The notes below the pieces were generated by a model. The model made no database searches, had not been told where the DNA came from, and saw only the letters and a list, made by a program, of their open reading frames with translations. The translations under genes were made by a program, and so were the position numbers. A DNA stretch of 37,614 nucleotides from Candidatus Omnitrophota bacterium (GTDB taxonomy: Bacteria; Omnitrophota; Gorgyraeia; Gygaellales; Profunditerraquicolaceae). The stretch is from positions 1-37,614 of the forward strand of contig JALOBQ010000002.1 of NCBI GenBank assembly GCA_023228185.1. Direction: 5' to 3'. Shown here piece by piece: positions 22,034 through 29,061 of this stretch; the first letter of the stretch is position 1; every line of letters begins with the position of its first letter.

Positions 22034-22854
22034 CTGTTGCTCCTGCTTGCGGCTTGAAGCTTTTGCACTAACTCCCAGGGGACTTTAGCTTTTCCCAAAC
22101 TGACATCGGGTTTGGCGCTGCCGTGAAAATCCGAACCGCCGGTAACCAATAATCCCAGCTCTTTAGCTAGGCCCAAATAAAAATTGATCATTGATTGCGA
22201 ATGTTCCGGATAATAAACTTCAAGCCCGATTAACCCCTCTTTGGCAAATTGGGTAATCAAATTATCATTACGGATAATATAAGGATGCGCCAAAACAGGC
22301 ACGCCGCCGGCATCTTTAATCAACTGGAACGCTTCCCTGGGAGTTAATTTAAAACCCAGGACATAGGCCGGAGATTTGTCGCCGATATATTTCTGAAAAG
22401 CCTCGGAAGTCGAACTTACCAGGCCTTCTTTAAGCAAAGCACGGGCAAGGTGCATCCTGCCCACGCTGGCATTACCAGCAATATCAAAAACTACCTGCGG
22501 GTCTAAGTTGACGCCCAGCTCTTTTAAATGAAAGACGATTTTTTTGACCCGCTCAACGCGGTTCTGCCGCACAAGAATAAGTTTTTCTAAAAGCTGTGCA
22601 TTAAGATAATCGATAAAATAACCCAGAATATGGATTTCCTGATTTTCATATTGGGCGGTAAGCTCAATACCGGGGATAATCGTCAGGCTGCTTGATTGCG
22701 CCGCGCTGATTGCCCGCGGCAAGGCATTCACCGTGTCATGGTCAACTATCGCCACACCGCTTAACCCGGCGCGGATTGCCTGCTGAACCAATTTTTCCGG
22801 CGAAGACGTGCCATCGCTTTCATTTGTATGCACATGCAAATCAGCGTATTTCAC
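22030..22854 (-). CDS. PHP-domain metal-dependent phosphoesterase (TrpH/YciV-like)
   Basis: 274 aa with a GTG start. It has DLHVHTNESDG, AIVDHD and C-terminal GGSDFHG, colinear with E. coli YciV/TrpH. The stop overlaps the ribD ATG (ATGA). Confidence 0.85.
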   Translation of the reverse strand: MKYADLHVHTNESDGTSSPEKLVQQAIRAGLSGVAIVDHDTVNALPRAISAAQSSSLTIIPGIELTAQYENQEIHILGYFIDYLNAQLLEKLILVRQNRVERVKKIVFHLKELGVNLDPQVVFDIAGNASVGRMHLARALLKEGLVSSTSEAFQKYIGDKSPAYVLGFKLTPREAFQLIKDAGGVPVLAHPYIIRNDNLITQFAKEGLIGLEVYYPEHSQSMINFYLGLAKELGLLVTGGSDFHGSAKPDVSLGKAKVPWELVQKLQAASRSNR

Positions 22855-22925
22855 TTATACCTGCTTTCAGTTGTTTTTCTTAATAACACGGTTTGAATTT
22901 CTGTTTGCTCTGAGGATGCCGCGGC

Positions 22926-23342
22926 TTATTTACGCTTTTCAATATTGATCTTATCCAGGATGGCATTGACAAATTTGCCAGCCTCGGCGCCAGAGTATTT
23001 CTTCGCCAGCTCTACTGCCTCATTGATCGAAACCTTGGGAGGAATATCCTCACGAAAAAGCAATTCAAAACTGCCCATACGCATAATATTGCGGTCCACA
23101 AAAGCCATGCGCTCCAATTGCCAGTTATCGGCGTATTGGCGGATTTTAGCGTCGATCTCAGCGATATGCTGAGAGACTCCATAAAGCAACTCAGCAGAAA
23201 AATCCTTCAGCTCTTGAGAAACATCCTCGTGCTCTTTATCCAGCCAGAAATTATTAAAAACATTCTCCTGTGTATCGCTGGTAATATCCAACTGATAAAG
23301 CATTTGTAAAGCGTATTCCCGCGCTCTTGAACGTTTACGCAT
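22926..23342 (-). CDS. nusB: Transcription antitermination factor NusB
   Basis: 138 aa with AREYALQMLYQLD. The conserved ribH-nusB adjacency is present. Confidence 0.92.
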   Translation of the reverse strand: MRKRSRAREYALQMLYQLDITSDTQENVFNNFWLDKEHEDVSQELKDFSAELLYGVSQHIAEIDAKIRQYADNWQLERMAFVDRNIMRMGSFELLFREDIPPKVSINEAVELAKKYSGAEAGKFVNAILDKINIEKRK

Positions 23343-23355
23343 ATTTTAACAACAG

Positions 23356-23820
23356 TTATTTCAACTGCTCCGTAAGATTAGCCATTTCAATAGCCGATAA
23401 TGCCGCGTCCTGGCCTTTATTGCCATCTTTAGAACCCGAACGTTCCACCGCTTGCTCAATAGTGTCAGCGGTAATCACGCCAAAAATAACCGGCACCCCG
23501 GTGTCTAAAGATATTTTACTTACGCCTTTAGCAACTTCGGCGGCAATATAATCAAAATGCGGCGTCGCGCCGCGAATAACCGTCCCCAAACAAATAATTG
23601 CGTCGTAATGTTTTGCTTTAGCGGCTTTTAAAGCTGCCAGCGGTATTTCAAACGCGCCCGGCACCCAAAGTAAAACGATATCTTTATCATCAACGCCATG
23701 CCTGACTAAAGTATCCCGGCAACCAGCCACCAACTCTTTGGTCATAAAATCATTAAAACGTGAAGCAACTACCGCGAAAGACTTACCTTTAGCGATCAGA
23801 TTACCCTCGATAACTTTCAT
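23356..23820 (-). CDS. ribH: 6,7-dimethyl-8-ribityllumazine synthase
   Basis: 154 aa with the VPGAFEIP motif. The RBS AAAGGAGAG lies upstream. Confidence 0.95.
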   Translation of the reverse strand: MKVIEGNLIAKGKSFAVVASRFNDFMTKELVAGCRDTLVRHGVDDKDIVLLWVPGAFEIPLAALKAAKAKHYDAIICLGTVIRGATPHFDYIAAEVAKGVSKISLDTGVPVIFGVITADTIEQAVERSGSKDGNKGQDAALSAIEMANLTEQLK

Positions 23821-23924
23821 TTCACTCTCCTTTGTTAGGTGTTAGGTTCTAGGTGCTCGGTGTTAGGTGATAGGTTTTCTACATACAACCTGTTGATTTC
23901 CGCTTTTCTTTACCTCTACCTAGT

Positions 23925-25136
23925 TTATATTAAATCTATCTGATGTCCCATCTTATCTTTCTTCGTCTTCAGATATTTGTAATTTACAGCGTTAGGCGCG
24001 ATCTCAATCGGCACGCGCTCAACTACTTTTAAACCATAACCTTCTAAACCGACAATCTTACGCGGATTATTTGTTAACAATCTGAGTTCTTTGACTCCCA
24101 AATCCACTAAAATCTGCGCGCCAATACCATAATCTCTTAAATCCGCTTTATGGCCCAATGCTTGGTTAGCTTCCACAGTATCCATGCCTTTATCCTGTAA
24201 ATTATACGCGCGTATTTTATCCACCAGGCCAATACCCCTGCCTTCCTGGTTCATATAAAGAACCACGCCTCTTTTTTCCTGCCCGATAATTTGCATCGCT
24301 TGCCTAAGTTGTTTGCCGCAATCGCAACGCAATGAGCTGAAAGCGTCACCCGTAAGGCAAGCTGAATGCACGCGCACAAGAACCGCCTGGTTGCTTAAAT
24401 CTCCCATTGTCAAAGCGATATGCGTCTGAGCGTTAGTCTTGTCGCGGTAAACAGTCATCTGATATTCGCCAAATTCCGTGGGCAATTTAGCGGTTGTCAC
24501 TGCCTCGGTCAATTTCTCGTTACGCCTGCGGTATTCAATCAGGCTGGTCACAGAACAGATCTTAAGATTATGTTTTTTGGAAAAATCAATCAGTTGAGGC
24601 AAACGCGACATTGAGCCATCTTCATTCATAATCTCACAGATCACCCCTGCGGGGATCAAGCCGCACAACTTCATCAAATCAACTGCTGCTTCAGTATGGC
24701 CTGCCCTAACCAGAACCCCGCCTTTTCTTGCTTTTAAAGGAAAGCTATGGCCTGGTTTAATCAGGTCTTCGGGTTTGGTAAGCGGATTGATTAATACCTC
24801 AATGGTGCGCGCCCGGTCAAAAGCCGAAATTCCCGTGGTAACACCTTTAGCCGCGTCAACAGAAACCATCCAGGCAGTAGAAAGCGGGTCTTTTTTGTGA
24901 TTTAAATTCTTGCCTTCCAGCATTGGTTCAAGGCCTAACTGTTCAAGGCGTTCGTCTTCCATCGGCACGCAAATCAAACCGCGGCCGAATTTAGCCATAA
25001 AGTTAATATGTTCAGGCCTGGCAAAAGACGCTGACATCAGCAAATCGCCTTCATTCTCGCGGTCTTCGTCGTCAACTACGACAACCATCAAACCTTTTTT
25101 TAGATCCTGGATTATTTCAGTTATTGAGTTAAACAT
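23925..25136 (-). CDS. ribBA: Bifunctional 3,4-dihydroxy-2-butanone-4-phosphate synthase / GTP cyclohydrolase II
   Basis: 403 aa with the DHBP synthase motif RENEGDL and the GCH-II zinc motif CDCG. The RBS AAGGAG lies upstream. Confidence 0.95.
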   Translation of the reverse strand: MFNSITEIIQDLKKGLMVVVVDDEDRENEGDLLMSASFARPEHINFMAKFGRGLICVPMEDERLEQLGLEPMLEGKNLNHKKDPLSTAWMVSVDAAKGVTTGISAFDRARTIEVLINPLTKPEDLIKPGHSFPLKARKGGVLVRAGHTEAAVDLMKLCGLIPAGVICEIMNEDGSMSRLPQLIDFSKKHNLKICSVTSLIEYRRRNEKLTEAVTTAKLPTEFGEYQMTVYRDKTNAQTHIALTMGDLSNQAVLVRVHSACLTGDAFSSLRCDCGKQLRQAMQIIGQEKRGVVLYMNQEGRGIGLVDKIRAYNLQDKGMDTVEANQALGHKADLRDYGIGAQILVDLGVKELRLLTNNPRKIVGLEGYGLKVVERVPIEIAPNAVNYKYLKTKKDKMGHQIDLI

Positions 25137-25147
25137 CGCGCTCCTTT

Positions 25148-25178
25148 AAAAATAAAAACCCGAAGATAAACTTCGGGC
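25148..25178 (-). terminator. Intrinsic terminator forming the FMN riboswitch expression platform
   Basis: The minus strand reads GCCCGAAG-tttat-CTTCGGG followed by TTTTTATTTTT, immediately before the ribBA RBS. Confidence 0.8.
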
Positions 25179-25190
25179 ATAATAATTTTA

Positions 25191-25310
25191 ATCTCCTTCT
25201 ATCTGGACTCTAACCATCGGCTCTGGAATTTCGCCAGATCTGCCGCGGACAATATCCGCTAAGCTTGCGGGCTTAACCGCCGGTAAGGGTTTCCACCTTG
25301 CCCTGAAGAT
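25191..25310 (-). ncRNA. FMN riboswitch (RFN element) aptamer
   Basis: The minus strand reads ATCTTCAGGGCAAGGTGGAAACCCTTACCGGCGGTTAAGCCCGCAAGC...GCAGATCTGGCGAAATTCCAGAGCCGATGGTTAGAGTCCAGATAGAAGGAGAT. This matches the conserved RFN core blocks, and it sits upstream of ribBA. Confidence 0.92.
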
Positions 25311-25321
25311 TAATTGTTAAT

Positions 25322-25349
25322 AGTATAACAACAAAACTTAACTTGTCAA
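25322..25349 (-). promoter_or_regulatory. Sigma70 promoter of the riboflavin operon
   Basis: Minus strand: TTGACA (25349..25344), a 16-nt spacer, then TATACT (25327..25322), about 11 nt upstream of the riboswitch P1. Confidence 0.65.
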
Positions 25350-25370
25350 TATAATAAAAACCGCTATAAT
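25343..25370 (+). promoter_or_regulatory. Candidate sigma70 promoter for the CinA/PncC-like gene
   Basis: Plus strand: TTGTCA (25343..25348), a 16-nt spacer, then TATAAT (25365..25370). Its -35 overlaps the rib promoter -35 on the other strand. Confidence 0.55.
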
Positions 25371-25423
25371 CAGGTAAAAGAGGCAAAATCCCAGTTAAAA
25401 ACATCGTAAAACGCGCGCAAATA

Positions 25424-25897
25424 ATGAAAAGCACCATCCAAATACTGCATCGTAAACTATCGCAAAACAAAATGACAATTGCCGTCGCCGAATCCTGCAC
25501 AGGCGGAGCGCTTTCCAGGCTTTTAACCAAATACCCGGGCAGTTCTCTTTATTTTGCGCTGGGAGTAACTGCTTATAGCAATAAAGCCAAAGTCAAGTTT
25601 TTACAAATCCCCCAAAAAACAATTGATTGCTACGGCGCCGTTTCTGAAGTTACTGCGAAATTAATGGCAAAAAACATCAAAAGTATCGCGCAAACTGATT
25701 GTTCCTTAAGCACAACCGGCATTGCCGGGCCAGCAGGCGCGCTAAAAAATAAACCCGTAGGCACAGTTTATATCGGTGCTTGCGCCAAAAATAAAATTAT
25801 CTCTAAAAAATTCCGCTTCTCCGGCAGGCGCGCGCAGATTATCAACCAAGCTTGCCTTCAAGCCCTCAAGATGCTCAAACAGCTTATCCCTGATTAA
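25424..25897 (+). CDS. pncC: CinA C-terminal domain protein (nicotinamide-nucleotide amidase PncC-like)
   Basis: 157 aa with the VAESCTGG and TGIAGP motifs. It is the only plus-strand gene in the window. Confidence 0.85.
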   Translation: MKSTIQILHRKLSQNKMTIAVAESCTGGALSRLLTKYPGSSLYFALGVTAYSNKAKVKFLQIPQKTIDCYGAVSEVTAKLMAKNIKSIAQTDCSLSTTGIAGPAGALKNKPVGTVYIGACAKNKIISKKFRFSGRRAQIINQACLQALKMLKQLIPD

Positions 25898-25931
25898 GTT
25901 TAGGTTTTAAAATGAATAAAAAAACTGATTT

Positions 25932-26393
25932 TTAAGGTGTGAGTTTTAAAATTAGCTGAAGAAGGATATTCGTGTAGAGCCCCGCAACAATATCATCGCT
26001 GATTATTCCCAATGAGCCTTTAATATTCTGCAAGCCTGAGGCAGGATACGGCTTTAGGGTATCTAAAATACGGAAAAATAAAAAACCCAGAAAGATAATT
26101 TTGGCGTCCAGCGGCATAAAGCTAAGCCCGATCAGCATACCACATACTTCATCAATCACAATACAAGACGGGTCCTTCTTATTTAGCGCTCTTTCCAGCT
26201 TTCCGCAAACTAAAAATCCAATGATTAAAAGCAGTAAAAGGAGAATCAGGCAATAAAAGCTTTGCGCTTTTAAAAGAAAAAATAAACCCACGCCAACAAG
26301 ACTGCCAAAAGTCCCCGGGATAAAAGGCAGATAACCGATAAAAAAAACCGTGCCAAAAGCTTTAAGAATAAATTTTATTAATTGATTTTTCAC
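25932..26393 (-). CDS. pgpA: Phosphatidylglycerophosphatase A
   Basis: 153 aa membrane protein with PGTFGS and VIDEVCGM motifs. Adjacent to pgsA. Confidence 0.85.
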   Translation of the reverse strand: MKNQLIKFILKAFGTVFFIGYLPFIPGTFGSLVGVGLFFLLKAQSFYCLILLLLLLIIGFLVCGKLERALNKKDPSCIVIDEVCGMLIGLSFMPLDAKIIFLGFLFFRILDTLKPYPASGLQNIKGSLGIISDDIVAGLYTNILLQLILKLTP

Positions 26394-26971
26394 TATAGAC
26401 GGGCGATTATTTTACGGTTTTCCCAAAGATAGCTTAAGCCGGAATAAAGCGTAAGGCCTACCGTAAGCAGCATTAAAGCGTATATCCCCTGGCGGAAAGC
26501 GCTCTCCCAATCCGGATTCCAGGTAGAATATTTAAGCAGTAATTCTTTGAGCACGATAAAACCGAGGATCAGGAAAATAACCGCCATTTGAGAAACGGTT
26601 TTATGTTTACCCGCTCTTGCCGCGGATAATACTTTGCCTTTATTTAGAGCAAACAACCTCAAAGAAGTGATCAGTATCTCGCGCGAGACGATAATCACGA
26701 ACATCCAGGCGTCGATTAACTGCATCTGCACGAATGCCGCGAATGCCGCCAAAACCAATATTTTATCGGCAATCGGGTCCATCAACCGGCCAAAATCAGT
26801 GACCATATTCCTGCGCTGGGCAATCATTCCGTCAAGAAAATCGGATATCGCCGCCAGCATAAAAACAATTAAACTGGCTACTTTCCACCAGAGCCCATGG
26901 CAAAATAGAAAGAACATAAATACAAAAGTAAGCAAAATACGCGATAATGTAATGCGATTAGCGATATTCAT
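26393..26971 (-). CDS. pgsA: CDP-diacylglycerol--glycerol-3-phosphate 3-phosphatidyltransferase
   Basis: 192 aa with the CDP-alcohol phosphatidyltransferase motif DFLDGMIAQRRNMVTDFGRLMDPIADK. Confidence 0.9.
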   Translation of the reverse strand: MNIANRITLSRILLTFVFMFFLFCHGLWWKVASLIVFMLAAISDFLDGMIAQRRNMVTDFGRLMDPIADKILVLAAFAAFVQMQLIDAWMFVIIVSREILITSLRLFALNKGKVLSAARAGKHKTVSQMAVIFLILGFIVLKELLLKYSTWNPDWESAFRQGIYALMLLTVGLTLYSGLSYLWENRKIIARL

Positions 26972-26972
26972 T

Positions 26973-28214
26973 TTAAGCTTCCCCCACTAGGTCGTATTCT
27001 AAAGTATCTGTAATTTTTACTTTCACAAAACTGCCCGCGGAAAGTTTTTTTGCGCTATGCACGTAAACCAAACCGTCAACTTCCGGAGCATCAGCCTGGC
27101 TGCGCCCCAGGTAAACGCCATGCTCTTCTTCTTCAATCAGCACTTCCAAAGTGCTCCCCAGCAACTGACGATTATTATACTCGGAAACTTTCTGTTGAAC
27201 AGCCATTACTTGGGCAAACCGTTCTTGTTTTACTGATTCCGGCAATTGCCCGGCTAAATTATAGGCTAAAGTGCCTTCTTCGCGCGAGTAAGTAAAAGCG
27301 CCCAGCCTCTGAAATTTAACTTCTTTAATAAAATCAAGCAACTGGGCGAATTCTTTTTCTGTTTCCGAAGGAAAACCCACGATTACCGATGTGCGCAGAG
27401 TTACATCCGGTATTGCTTTACGAATTTTTTCGATCAAACGTAAAATTTCTAATCTACTGCTTGGCCTGCGCATTAATTTCAGCAGGCGGCGGTTGATATG
27501 CTGTAGCGGCATATCCACGTATTTGCAAATTTTCGCCTGTTCTTTGATCAAACTGATCAACTGATCGTCAATACGCTCGGGATTTAAATAAAGCAAACGG
27601 ATCCATTTGATATTTTTTGTTTCCTCGGAAACTTGCTTAACCAGATTTGTTAAAGCAAATTTACGATAAATATCCAAACCGTAACCGGTAATATCCTGGC
27701 CGATAATATTTAATTCGCTTACACCTGTTTGATCAAGCTCCCCTGCCCGCTTAAGCAAATATTCTTTAGGCAGGCTTTTAAATTTACCTTTGATCCTGGG
27801 AATTACGCAATAGCTGCAGTGATTTATGCAACCCTCGCAAATCTTAAGATACGCGTAACTAGCGGGGGTAAGCCTGAACTTTTCTTTAGCCGCGCTAAAA
27901 TTTAAAACGCCTACAAAAGCATCCACTTCAGGCAGCTGTTTCTTTAATTCCTCCCTGTAACGCTGCGTCAGGCATCCACAGACGATAATCTTCTTAAGCT
28001 TTCCCTGTTTTTTAAGCTTAACTAAATCAAGTATCGCCTCAATTGATTCCTGCTTAGCCGATTGTATAAAAGCGCAGGTATTAATTAACCCGATATCGGC
28101 ATCCGCAATATCTACTATTTTATAACCTTTAAGAACAAGCCGCCCGGCGATATTTTCGCTATCCACAAGGTTTCTCGGGCAACCTAAGCTGACCAGTCCA
28201 ACCTTATTGCTCAT
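26973..28214 (-). CDS. rimO: Ribosomal protein S12 methylthiotransferase RimO
   Basis: 413 aa with N-terminal SLGCPRNLVDSE, the radical-SAM motif CINHCSYCVIP and a C-terminal TRAM domain. Confidence 0.88.
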   Translation of the reverse strand: MSNKVGLVSLGCPRNLVDSENIAGRLVLKGYKIVDIADADIGLINTCAFIQSAKQESIEAILDLVKLKKQGKLKKIIVCGCLTQRYREELKKQLPEVDAFVGVLNFSAAKEKFRLTPASYAYLKICEGCINHCSYCVIPRIKGKFKSLPKEYLLKRAGELDQTGVSELNIIGQDITGYGLDIYRKFALTNLVKQVSEETKNIKWIRLLYLNPERIDDQLISLIKEQAKICKYVDMPLQHINRRLLKLMRRPSSRLEILRLIEKIRKAIPDVTLRTSVIVGFPSETEKEFAQLLDFIKEVKFQRLGAFTYSREEGTLAYNLAGQLPESVKQERFAQVMAVQQKVSEYNNRQLLGSTLEVLIEEEEHGVYLGRSQADAPEVDGLVYVHSAKKLSAGSFVKVKITDTLEYDLVGEA

Positions 28215-29044
28215 TTATTTATTTTTAAACCGTCTTTATTAATCAGGATCCGCAAGGATTGCCCTTTGCGGCCAAGATTGGGGAAACGCTGGTCATTGAC
28301 CTGTAATTCTACTGCCGCGGCATCCCCTAAAGCAAGTTCAAGTTTATCTTTTGCTTTCCAGGTTTCAAATCTCGCTTTGGGCAGAATACCGCGAAAGACC
28401 GTATGCCCGTCTACTTTAAGCGAAACCCAACATTTATCTTTAGTAACAATGCCCAAGACAAATCCGGAAGTTATTGCTTTGCGCATTTTCGGCGCGCTGG
28501 TATTATCAGTTAAAACTCCCGCTTTATTCTTGCTATCGCGAATTTTCTGTTTTGATTTTACGTTTGCGCTTGTTAAAACGCTATTCTCCGGCCTTAAATT
28601 TTTTGGCTGAGACGCCGGTTTTAATTGGATTAGTTTTGCCGCCACCGAAAAAATCAAAATTGCCAAAACGATAAAAAATATCAACTTATTAAATCTCTTC
28701 GGGGGGCGTAAAGAATTAATCTTTACCGCAGTATCTTTTACAAATGAACGGAGGCTTTCGGCGCGCTGGCCTACGGGCCGGCCTACTTTAGAATTTAATA
28801 CGGCCTGGCTCTGCGGCTGCTGCGCACTGGGGCCCAAATAATCTTTGCTCTCCACATTAAGATAATTACAATAAATCTTAATGAAACTTCTTAGATATAT
28901 CGGGCTTAAGTCCGTAAGGCTATCGCCTTCAATCGCCCTAAGCACATTCAAATGGATCTTCGTCCTTTTTTGCACTTCTTCAAGGCTGATCCCCCGCTCA
29001 ATGCGTAGTTGCTTTAATCTTACCCCGGCTGTCTGAATATTCAC
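28211..29044 (-). CDS. rodZ: RodZ-like cytoskeleton protein (XRE-type HTH + TM + DUF4115-like C-terminus)
   Basis: 277 aa. The N-terminal HTH is LKQLRIERGISLEEVQKRTKI, followed by a central TM helix and a C-terminal beta domain (CWVSLKVDG...). Confidence 0.75.
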   Translation of the reverse strand: MNIQTAGVRLKQLRIERGISLEEVQKRTKIHLNVLRAIEGDSLTDLSPIYLRSFIKIYCNYLNVESKDYLGPSAQQPQSQAVLNSKVGRPVGQRAESLRSFVKDTAVKINSLRPPKRFNKLIFFIVLAILIFSVAAKLIQLKPASQPKNLRPENSVLTSANVKSKQKIRDSKNKAGVLTDNTSAPKMRKAITSGFVLGIVTKDKCWVSLKVDGHTVFRGILPKARFETWKAKDKLELALGDAAAVELQVNDQRFPNLGRKGQSLRILINKDGLKINK

Positions 29045-29061
29045 TTATCCTGCCCTGTGTT

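Noticed and set aside
23834-23875. GTTAGGT heptamer repeats as a CRISPR or minisatellite array.
   Set aside because: The units are 7 nt with no spacers, and the total length is about 40 nt. This is far too short and lacks CRISPR architecture, so I treat it as a leader or regulatory repeat instead.
25273-25530. An 85-aa minus-strand ORF.
   Set aside because: It overlaps the FMN riboswitch aptamer, both promoters and the 5' end of the CinA/PncC-like gene. It is explained by those features.
25898-25931. A bidirectional terminator between the convergent pncC-like and pgpA genes.
   Set aside because: Only weak A/T-only pairing is possible (TTAAAA...TTTTAA), and I could not fold a convincing GC-containing stem by eye.
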